Positions 28,617 to 36,664 of a DNA stretch of 64,000 bases are shown here, piece after piece (the first letter of the stretch is position 1; every line of letters starts with the position of its first letter). A program made the position numbers and the translations under genes. The notes beneath the pieces were generated by a model. The model was not told the DNA's origin and made no database searches. It saw only the letters and a program-made list of their open reading frames with translations. The stretch comes from Bacilli bacterium (GTDB taxonomy: Bacteria; Bacillota_I; Bacilli_A; ML615J-28; CAG-313), in the NCBI GenBank assembly GCA_017937305.1, contig JAGBDV010000020.1:57309-121308 (forward strand), given 5' to 3'.

Positions 28617-30943
28617 TGAAAAAAATTATCGTTATGTTATTGATGATTTGTTCAGTATTTATGATTACAGGTTGTAAACCTAAAGAATATACTGTAACTT
28701 TAAAATTAGAAGATGGTACTGTATTTGAAGAACTAGTTGTTGAAGAAAAAGTAAGTGTTGATCTTAAAACTCCATCAAAAGAAGGTCATACATTTGCTGG
28801 ATGGTACGATGGTGATGTATTAGTAAATGGTAATGAAGGTTTTGAATCTGATACAGTTTTAACTGCTAAATTTAATATCAATTCATATACTTATAAGTTT
28901 ATTGTAGAAGGTACTATTGTAAAAGAAGAAACTCTTGAATATGGATCAACAATTCCATATCCAGAAGAACCTACAAAAGAGGCTACTGCGGAAAATTCTT
29001 ATGTATTTTCTAGATGGGATAATGATGCTACAACACTTTTAAAAGATGAAGTATTTAATGCAGTATTTGAAAGTAGTAAAAATTCTTATACTTATAAATT
29101 TGTAGATGATAATAATAAGGTTATTAAAGAAGAAACACTTGAATATGGTTCTAGTATTGTATATCCAGAAGATCCAGAAAAAGAAGCAACAGCTGAATAT
29201 ACGTATACATTTACTGGTTGGGATAATGATGCTACAGTATTAACTGAAAATATTGTTTTTAAAGCAACTTATTCTAAAGTAAAGAATCAATATACTTATA
29301 AATTCCTAGATGAAGATGGTTCATTATTAAAAGAAGAAACTGTTGATTATGGTACAATGCCTGTTGCACCAAGTGATCCTGTAAAAGAAGCAACTACTGA
29401 GTTTGAATATGAATTTATTGGATGGGATAAAACTATTTCTAAAGTTACAGGTAATGTAGAATATACTGCAGTGTATAAAGAAATCGAAATTAAGGAAGAA
29501 ATTACTTCACTTGATGGCCTTAAGATTTCTTTCTTAGGTGATAGTATTACTACATTCTATGCTGAAGGCTCAGAAATGAATAGCTATTATGGTGGTGAAA
29601 ACCAATTCTATTATCCTAGATATTCAACATCAATTAAAACTGTTGATTTAACTTGGTGGTATAAATTAATTAAAAATAACAATATGGTACTTGGCATTAA
29701 TAACTCATGGAGTGGTTCTCAAGCGTGTGGTACTGGTAATTCAGCTGGTCAATCTGATGCAAGAATTAATACTTTAAATGAAAATGGTAATCCTGATATC
29801 GTTATTGTATATCTTGGTACTAATGATATTGGAAGCAATAGAACAACAGCTGATTTAGATAAAGCTATTAATACAATTATTACTAAGATTAATGCTTTAT
29901 GCGATGCTCAAATTTTCTTAACTACACTTGGTTATACTACATATTCTGGTGGAAGTTATACTGAAGCTAAACGTATCGAATATAACGCTAAACTTCGAGA
30001 AATTGCAGCTGCAAAAGGCTGTGGAATTGTACCACTTGATGAATATGTTGTTGATGATAACTATATGATTTATTTAGGTGATGCACTTCACTACAATGCT
30101 AAAGGAGCAGAATTACTTTCTTTAATTGCTGAAAAGGCATTAAAAGAATATAATAATATTGAGTTTACTAAAGAAATTGTTGTAGAACATCAAGAACCAC
30201 TTCCTGAAGGTGTTGTTGGAATGATTACTGCAACAACTGATTCTAACTTCTGGGGAGTATATGCAACAGAAGTATTCTTAGCTCCTACTTCAATCACTAA
30301 TCCTACTTTTAGTTTACGTATTGAACTTACTAAGAATGCTGATAATGGTAAATATTATGTTATTAAAATCCAACAATCTGGCGAATCTACTCCTTATACT
30401 GGTGATTTAGTAATTATTATTTCTGATAGTCATAATGATGCAAAAGCTCTTAAGACACAAGTGCAAAATGTAACTGTGGGTTGTATTGCTGAATTTGATG
30501 AATCAATCGGTTTCCCTGTTGAAATTATTTTTAAAGAATGTGATGGTGATGCTCCTTCAGTGGAACCTGATGAACCAGAGGTTGAAGACAATCCTGCAGT
30601 TGAAGGTCAACTTCATGTAGGTGCATATAATAATGGTGTATGGGCAGAAAACATTTATACTAAAGCTGCTTTAATTTATTCAGATGATTATATAGATAAG
30701 AAGAGCACTTATATTAATTATTATATGATTAAATTAAATTATGATGATGCAACTTCTAAATATAAAATTGCTGAATTAAAAACTATTGATGTTGCGTGTG
30801 ACTTTACTGAAAGTTGTGATTTATATGTTTTAATTTATCGAGATTTTGATGGTAAAACATATTTTATTAACGCAAAAGTTGGTGGTTTAGTTACTATTAA
30901 TGGTGATTATACATCTGGTAGTTGTAATCTATTATTTGAATAA
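28616..30943 (+). CDS. Surface lipoprotein: 5 Flg_new repeats, an SGNH/GDSL hydrolase domain, and a C-terminal domain shared with the giant protein.
   Basis: Lipobox MITGC. YTYKF...F(S/T)GWD repeats. GDSITT (SGNH block I) and DALHYN (block V). C-terminal DSNFWGVYA...YYVIKIQQSGE is homologous to giant-protein residues encoded ~1270-1620. Confidence 0.75.
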   Translation: MKKIIVMLLMICSVFMITGCKPKEYTVTLKLEDGTVFEELVVEEKVSVDLKTPSKEGHTFAGWYDGDVLVNGNEGFESDTVLTAKFNINSYTYKFIVEGTIVKEETLEYGSTIPYPEEPTKEATAENSYVFSRWDNDATTLLKDEVFNAVFESSKNSYTYKFVDDNNKVIKEETLEYGSSIVYPEDPEKEATAEYTYTFTGWDNDATVLTENIVFKATYSKVKNQYTYKFLDEDGSLLKEETVDYGTMPVAPSDPVKEATTEFEYEFIGWDKTISKVTGNVEYTAVYKEIEIKEEITSLDGLKISFLGDSITTFYAEGSEMNSYYGGENQFYYPRYSTSIKTVDLTWWYKLIKNNNMVLGINNSWSGSQACGTGNSAGQSDARINTLNENGNPDIVIVYLGTNDIGSNRTTADLDKAINTIITKINALCDAQIFLTTLGYTTYSGGSYTEAKRIEYNAKLREIAAAKGCGIVPLDEYVVDDNYMIYLGDALHYNAKGAELLSLIAEKALKEYNNIEFTKEIVVEHQEPLPEGVVGMITATTDSNFWGVYATEVFLAPTSITNPTFSLRIELTKNADNGKYYVIKIQQSGESTPYTGDLVIIISDSHNDAKALKTQVQNVTVGCIAEFDESIGFPVEIIFKECDGDAPSVEPDEPEVEDNPAVEGQLHVGAYNNGVWAENIYTKAALIYSDDYIDKKSTYINYYMIKLNYDDATSKYKIAELKTIDVACDFTESCDLYVLIYRDFDGKTYFINAKVGGLVTINGDYTSGSCNLLFE

Positions 30944-30951
30944 AATAAATT

Positions 30952-30988
30952 GATGATTAAAGATTATCTTTAATCATCTTTTTTTTAT
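30952..30988 (+). terminator. Rho-independent terminator (11-bp stem).
   Basis: gatgattaaag-attat-ctttaatcatc followed by ttttttttt. Confidence 0.8.
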
Positions 30989-31072
30989 TTTTATAATTTT
31001 TATTTTTCTACAAATTATTAATAATAAATATAGTATAGTTTACTTGAGTATTTAAAGTTAAAGGTGCACATT

Positions 31073-31564
31073 ATGATTTATAAAAATAAAAATAATTATT
31101 ATAGTTTTATGCTATCTCTAATTATAATATTTTCTTTAGCAATTATTATTTTATTAATTAGTAATTTTAATAATTGTAAAAATAATAGAATAAGTTTTTA
31201 TGATGATAATGTAAAAATAATTAATTTTAAAGATTTAACACTTATACCAGGACATAAAACTGATTATACAGTATTAATAAATGGTAATTACAGTAAGAAT
31301 TATATACTTGAGTTATTTTTTTTAGAAAATAATAATAATCAAATTAATAATTATTTATATGTTGAATTATTAATTGATGATGAAGTTATTTATGAAAATA
31401 CGTTTAATGAAGCTAAAAGTGATACAATAAGGTTTTCAAAATTTATTAAAAGAAATGAACCATTAAAAATTAAAGTTGTTTATTATTTAGATAAAAATAC
31501 AGGAAATGAAATTCAAAATGAAGAAATTGATATTGAATTAAAAATTATAAAAAGGAGTAAATAA
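31073..31564 (+). CDS. Small N-terminally anchored protein, first gene of the sipW-tasA-like operon (TapA-like position; function unknown).
   Basis: N-terminal TM with no SipW-type AxF motif. Weak similarity to the TasA beta-strand region (LTLIPGHKTDYTVLINGNYS). Contains a T8 run at 31316-31323. Confidence 0.5.
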   Translation: MIYKNKNNYYSFMLSLIIIFSLAIIILLISNFNNCKNNRISFYDDNVKIINFKDLTLIPGHKTDYTVLINGNYSKNYILELFFLENNNNQINNYLYVELLIDDEVIYENTFNEAKSDTIRFSKFIKRNEPLKIKVVYYLDKNTGNEIQNEEIDIELKIIKRSK

Positions 31565-31566
31565 TC

Positions 31567-32271
31567 ATGATTAAAAAAATATTTAAAATTTTATCAGATA
31601 TATTATTATATTGTTTTATCTTTTTAGGACTTATTACAATTATTATTACTTTATCTTCTAAAAAAGATAGCGATGGAGCTACTAACATATTTAATTATCA
31701 ATTAAGATTAGTAATTACTGATTCTATGGATAAATGTAGTGAAACTAATGTGTCTAAATATAAAATAAAAAGTATTCCTAAAAATTCACTAGTATTAATT
31801 AAAAAAATTAAAGATAATGATTATAAAAAAATAAAAGAAGGAGATGTTTTAACTTTTAGATATTTATATACTGAACAAGTGACTATAACTCATCGTGTTA
31901 AATCAATTGTAGAAAAAGACACTGGTGGTTATATTATTGAACTTGTAGGTGATAATAAAACAGGTGAGTCAGAATTACTAGTGCAAACTATAGATACATC
32001 TATTGAAGAGAGTCCAAATTATATTATTGGAGAAGTTGTTTATACTTCAATAATTATTGGCTTTATTTTAAATATGTTAAAAAGTTCTTTAGGTATCGTT
32101 TTTATTATAATAATACCTTCATTTATAATAATATTACTTGAAGTAATTAAAATTATTAATATGACAATAATAGAAAAAAGAAAACTTGCAGAAAAAAAAG
32201 CAAATGAAAAAGAACAAGAAATACTAGAGTTAAAGAAAAAAATAAGAGAAATTGAAAGTAAAGGTATTTAA
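31567..32271 (+). CDS. sipW: Signal peptidase I, archaeal/ER (SipW) type, with C-terminal TM plus coiled-coil extension.
   Basis: VITDSMDK (Ser motif), GDVLTF, TITHRV (His motif), VGDNK. Sits between TasA-like genes. Confidence 0.75.
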   Translation: MIKKIFKILSDILLYCFIFLGLITIIITLSSKKDSDGATNIFNYQLRLVITDSMDKCSETNVSKYKIKSIPKNSLVLIKKIKDNDYKKIKEGDVLTFRYLYTEQVTITHRVKSIVEKDTGGYIIELVGDNKTGESELLVQTIDTSIEESPNYIIGEVVYTSIIIGFILNMLKSSLGIVFIIIIPSFIIILLEVIKIINMTIIEKRKLAEKKANEKEQEILELKKKIREIESKGI

Positions 32272-32332
32272 ATTGGTTGAAACATATAGTTTTATATGTA
32301 TCAATATAATATTTTAGAAAGGGGGATTTATT

Positions 32333-32968
32333 ATGAAAAATAAAATTAAAATATTATTTATTTCGTATGCAGTAATTTTACTTTGTACATGTTTTATTGT
32401 TACAGGGACTTATGCGCTATTTACAGATAGTGCTAAAGTTACTAACCATTTAAAAGCAGGTAATTTGGATATTAAATTAGAAAGAGTTAATTTAGAATAT
32501 CAAGTGTTAAATGAGGAAGGATATTTAGAAAAATATTCAAGTCAAGATAGGGTTAATTTTACTGGTATTGTTGGTAAAAATATTTTTGGCCTTGATTCAA
32601 AAGATATTTTAATAGTTCCAGGAAGTTATTTTGAAGCTACTTTAGAAATTAAAAATAATGGTAATGTAGCATTTGAATACTCTTGTGAAATTATTTTAAG
32701 TCAAGCGGTTAATGAACTTTCAAAACAAGTAGTTGTAACAATTACAGATTCTAATAATGCAGTATCTATTATGAATTTAAGTGATGTAAGTAATGGTTAT
32801 ACATTTAAACTTGGTGAAATGAATAATAATGTATTAACTGATTCATTTACTATTAGATTAGAATTTTTAGATGATGCAAAAAATAATTTAGAAGTAGATA
32901 ATAATTCAGCGAAAAATCAAGAATTATCATTTGATTTAGTAGTTGAAGCAGTTCAAAAAGAAAATTAA
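32333..32968 (+). CDS. TasA/camelysin (peptidase M73) family secreted protein with SipW-cognate signal peptide.
   Basis: Signal ...VTGTYALFTDSA; AGNLDI; PGSYFEATLEIKNNGN; C-terminal FDLVVEAVQ (TasA has SFEATQ). Confidence 0.75.
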   Translation: MKNKIKILFISYAVILLCTCFIVTGTYALFTDSAKVTNHLKAGNLDIKLERVNLEYQVLNEEGYLEKYSSQDRVNFTGIVGKNIFGLDSKDILIVPGSYFEATLEIKNNGNVAFEYSCEIILSQAVNELSKQVVVTITDSNNAVSIMNLSDVSNGYTFKLGEMNNNVLTDSFTIRLEFLDDAKNNLEVDNNSAKNQELSFDLVVEAVQKEN

Positions 32969-32999
32969 TTATTAATTAATAGTTAGGAAGGGAAAAGGT

Positions 33000-35129
33000 A
33001 TGAAAAAGAAAATCTTATTATCATCAATTCTTACTATTGCATTATGTTTAAGTTTAATTGCAGGAAGTACTTTTGCATTATTTACAAGTGAAAGTAAAGT
33101 AAATATTGCAGTTACTTCAGGTAAGGTTGAAATGCTTGCAAGTGTATCTGATTTAGAAACATGGTCACTTGAAGATGATAAGGCATTAGCTGGAAGAACG
33201 GATGGAACATTTACTCAAGGAGGAAATGTAACGTTTACTGATTCTGTTCTTTCAATTAATAAAATTATTCCAGGTGATAAGGTTAGTTTTTTAGTAACTG
33301 GTACAAATAATAGTAATGTAACTATAATGTATCGTACTGTTATTAAATGCTTATCTGGAGAAGTTTTAATGGATGGCATGAAAGTTACAATTGATGGAGA
33401 AACTTATTTTGGATTAAATAGTTATGTTACTAGTTGGGCTACTCTTACTGAAGGTAGTCATATGAAAGAATTAGAAGTTAGTGTTGAATTACCAGAAGAA
33501 GCAGGAAATATCTACCAAGATTTAAATGCAGAATTATTAGTTTTAGTTGAAGCTATTCAAGGTAATGCAACAGTTAAAGATGAAAAAGAAGTTGTTTTAG
33601 TAAACTTTTGGGATGGAACAAGTGATGAGGAAAGTTTACTTGAAAAAACTGATACAGTAAATAAAGAAGTAATAATTGAAACAGCTGAAGAATTAGCTGC
33701 ATTTAGAGATAATGTTAATAATGGAAATACATATAAAGATTATACTGTTAAATTAATTAGTGATATTGATTTAAATGGAGTAAACTGGACACCAATTGGC
33801 ACTAATGCTGATTCAAAAAATAAATTCCATGGTACATTTGATGGAAATAATAACACGATTTATAATTTAGTAGTTAATCAAAAAGAAGGTTATCATGCAG
33901 CAGGATTATTTGGTGCTTTAAATGGTACTGTTAAGAATTTAGTAATTGAAAATGCAGAAGTATCTAGTATTTCAACAGGATCTGCTACAGATAATGGTAC
34001 TGCAATTGTTGCAGGATCAATCTATATAAAAGGATCTATGGATAATGTAACTGTAAAAAATTCAAAAGTAAATGGTAACAGATATGTTGCAGCAATTAGT
34101 GGTTATGTATATGGTAATATTACAAATTGTACAGTAATTGGTTGTGATATTGTTGCTGAAATGGATAATTTAACAGGAAAATATGATAATGGTGATAAAG
34201 TAGGTGCTATTGCAGGTTATATGGCTGGTGAGGCTACTTATGTTTTAAATGGAAATAAAGTATTAAATTGTACATTATCAGCAGAAAGAGATGTAGCAGG
34301 TATTGTTGGTGTTGCATCAAATCTAAAAGAATTTGAAAATAATAGTGTTGATGATGTTACAATTAAATATCATTCAGTTAAGTCTTATAAAACAGCTTCT
34401 GAAATTGTATCAGAAAGAGTTGCAATTACCGTTCCATCATCAAATACATTTAATAATGTAGAAATTATTCTAGATGTAATGTCTATAAATAATGTAAAAG
34501 ACGCTTTAGATTCAGGCTTAGATGTAACTTTAATGCAAGATGTATCTGGTCAAGCTACTGATTCAAACGGGTATGGTGCAACAGGTGTTTACGTAAATGG
34601 TTCAACATTAGATGGTAATGGCAATACAATTAGTGTATCAAATGCTAATGGAACATGGGATTCTGCTGTTGGTACTAATGGTGGAACAATTAAAAATTTA
34701 AATATTGAAGGAGCATTTAGAGGGATCTTTACTGGTGGATTAAATAGTGATTTATATTTAGATAATGTATATGTAGATAAAGTATGTTATACATTTAATG
34801 CTGATGGTACTTATGCTGATACTTATTCATTAATTGTAACAAATTCAACATTTAATGGCTGGACAAGTTATAGTGATATTTTTAAAGAAGTATCATTTAC
34901 AAATTGTAATTTTGGTAAGGGTACTGGTGGATACACATATGCGTATATGAGACCATATAATGATTCAACATTTACAAGTTGTGTATTTGAAGAAAATTAT
35001 TTATTTGATTCAAGCAAAGCTACTAGTACTTTTGTTAATTGTTATGTAGGTAATACTTTAATTACTCAAGAAAATGTAACTGCTTTATTAGGTAGTAGTG
35101 CAAGTAATATTGTAGTGCTTAATAACTAA
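33000..35129 (+). CDS. Large secreted protein: SipW-cognate signal plus TasA-like N-terminal domain fused to GLUG-motif repeat (beta-helix-like) region.
   Basis: Signal ...AGSTFALFTSES. The first ~190 aa are TasA-like. Then HAAGLFGALNGTVKNLVIENAEV, VAAISGYVYGNITNCTV and VGAIAGYMAGEA (GLUG motifs). Confidence 0.7.
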   Translation: MKKKILLSSILTIALCLSLIAGSTFALFTSESKVNIAVTSGKVEMLASVSDLETWSLEDDKALAGRTDGTFTQGGNVTFTDSVLSINKIIPGDKVSFLVTGTNNSNVTIMYRTVIKCLSGEVLMDGMKVTIDGETYFGLNSYVTSWATLTEGSHMKELEVSVELPEEAGNIYQDLNAELLVLVEAIQGNATVKDEKEVVLVNFWDGTSDEESLLEKTDTVNKEVIIETAEELAAFRDNVNNGNTYKDYTVKLISDIDLNGVNWTPIGTNADSKNKFHGTFDGNNNTIYNLVVNQKEGYHAAGLFGALNGTVKNLVIENAEVSSISTGSATDNGTAIVAGSIYIKGSMDNVTVKNSKVNGNRYVAAISGYVYGNITNCTVIGCDIVAEMDNLTGKYDNGDKVGAIAGYMAGEATYVLNGNKVLNCTLSAERDVAGIVGVASNLKEFENNSVDDVTIKYHSVKSYKTASEIVSERVAITVPSSNTFNNVEIILDVMSINNVKDALDSGLDVTLMQDVSGQATDSNGYGATGVYVNGSTLDGNGNTISVSNANGTWDSAVGTNGGTIKNLNIEGAFRGIFTGGLNSDLYLDNVYVDKVCYTFNADGTYADTYSLIVTNSTFNGWTSYSDIFKEVSFTNCNFGKGTGGYTYAYMRPYNDSTFTSCVFEENYLFDSSKATSTFVNCYVGNTLITQENVTALLGSSASNIVVLNN

Positions 35130-35135
35130 TTTGCT

Positions 35136-35163
35136 GGAAGTTCTTTAAGAACTTCCTTTTTTA
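35136..35163 (+). terminator. Rho-independent terminator.
   Basis: ggaagttctt-taa-gaacttcc followed by tttttt. Confidence 0.8.
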
Positions 35164-35252
35164 TTTCAACATTTTTTATGAATTATGTTGTTTGATTGAT
35201 ATAAAAAATTTGATATAATATTAGTGTGAAATAAAAAGGAGGACATTAAAAT

Positions 35253-35609
35253 ATGAATACAGACAAAATTCTTGCAGAAAAGATTGCAAGTGAATATGTA
35301 AAAAAAGAAACTAGTAAAATTGTAGCATTAAAGAAATTAGATGCTAAAGCTAAACAAGGAGCGCAAATATTTGCTTATACATTTGGTATTGTTATGGCAC
35401 TATTATTTGGTACTGGCATGTGTCTTGCAATGGAAGAAATCAGTCTTTTTGCAGGATATGATATGTTAGTAGGTGTTATTTTTGGTTTAATTGGTATTGC
35501 TGGTATGGCAATTAATTATACTATTTATAAAAAAATCTTAAACTACGGAAAACAAAAATACGGAAACGATATAATTTTATTAGCTAAAGAAATAGCAGAG
35601 GAAAAATAA
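35253..35609 (+). CDS. Small two-TM membrane protein, unknown function.
   Basis: ORF with RBS AAGGAGG. Upstream of and co-oriented with the TetR gene. Confidence 0.4.
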   Translation: MNTDKILAEKIASEYVKKETSKIVALKKLDAKAKQGAQIFAYTFGIVMALLFGTGMCLAMEEISLFAGYDMLVGVIFGLIGIAGMAINYTIYKKILNYGKQKYGNDIILLAKEIAEEK

Positions 35610-35623
35610 ATTAAGGAGCGCTT

Positions 35624-36205
35624 ATGAATAAGAATGAGAGTAAGTATTTTAATACTGCATTGCTCATGGATGAAGCATTATTAATATTACTTGAAACTAA
35701 AGAGTTTGAATTCATAACAATTAAAGAAATTTGCTTAAAAGCTGGAGTAAATAGATCTACATTTTATCTACATTACCAAAATGTAAATGAACTATTAGTT
35801 GAAGCTATTGAAATGGTTAATAAAAGATTTTATGAATCTTTTAAAAATAAAAAATTTGATGTGTATAAAGCTTCAAAAGATGAATCATTCTTTATTACTT
35901 TAAATTATTTAATACCTTATTTAAATTTCGTAAAAGATAATAAGAGGATTTTTAAACTTATTCATGATAAACCAGAGATTTTTGGTAGTAAAAAACTTAC
36001 TGAGTATATGTATAAGAATCTTTTCAGTCCAATTCTTGATAAGTATAATGTTAAAGATGAAGATAAGGAATATGTATTTACATTTTTCACTCAAGGTACT
36101 CTTGCGATAGTACTTAGATGGGTAGGTAAAGGATGTATTGAAAATGTTGAAGATTTAGCTAATACAATCATTAGTTTAATTGGTTATGAAAATAAAAAGG
36201 ATTAA
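35624..36205 (+). CDS. TetR/AcrR family transcriptional regulator.
   Basis: N-terminal HTH TIKEICLKAGVNRSTFYLHYQN. Confidence 0.8.
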   Translation: MNKNESKYFNTALLMDEALLILLETKEFEFITIKEICLKAGVNRSTFYLHYQNVNELLVEAIEMVNKRFYESFKNKKFDVYKASKDESFFITLNYLIPYLNFVKDNKRIFKLIHDKPEIFGSKKLTEYMYKNLFSPILDKYNVKDEDKEYVFTFFTQGTLAIVLRWVGKGCIENVEDLANTIISLIGYENKKD

Positions 36206-36224
36206 CTTTCGTTAATCCTTTTGC
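36196..36224. terminator. Bidirectional hairpin between the TetR gene and the convergent small membrane-protein gene.
   Basis: aaaaggattaa-ctttcg-ttaatcctttt. Confidence 0.6.
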
Positions 36225-36447
36225 TTCATTTTAATATAGTATTTAATTAAATGGAATAAGTTAATAATTATTAAACAAAAATTCATTAATACAATAGGAT
36301 ATGCTCCAATAATTAATGAGTAAATTGCTGAAATCACTGAACCACATATGTTTACGATTCTTAATTTAATTAATGATGCCATCATCATTGAAATTATTAT
36401 TAGAATTGTACCAATATAACCAAATATTTCTAAATATATATATTCAT
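36212..36447 (-). pseudogene. Small 3-TM membrane protein gene (~77 aa) out of frame after its ATG because of an (AT)5 tract. Possible phase-variable or frameshifted gene.
   Basis: Minus strand: GGAGG at 36453-36457, ATG at 36447-36445, then (AT)5 at 36434-36443, then TAG. Removing one AT unit gives MNIYLEIFGYIGTILIIISMMMASLIKLRIVNICGSVISAIYSLIIGAYPIVLMNFCLIIINLFHLIKYYIKMKQKD*. Length 236 nt, which is 3n+2. Confidence 0.5.
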
Positions 36448-36664
36448 TTTAACCTCCTAAATAATTAATATATGGTAGTTAACCATTAGGTGGTTTGTAG
36501 AAACATTTGTCCATATCACAAATTTATACCATTCTAGATTAGTATTATATCAATTATTAATTAATTTTTCAAGTAAAATCATAAATAAATGATATTTGAT
36601 TAATTTGATTATTACATTATTATATGATATAATATGCTTATATAAATAAGAAAAGAGAGAAAAA

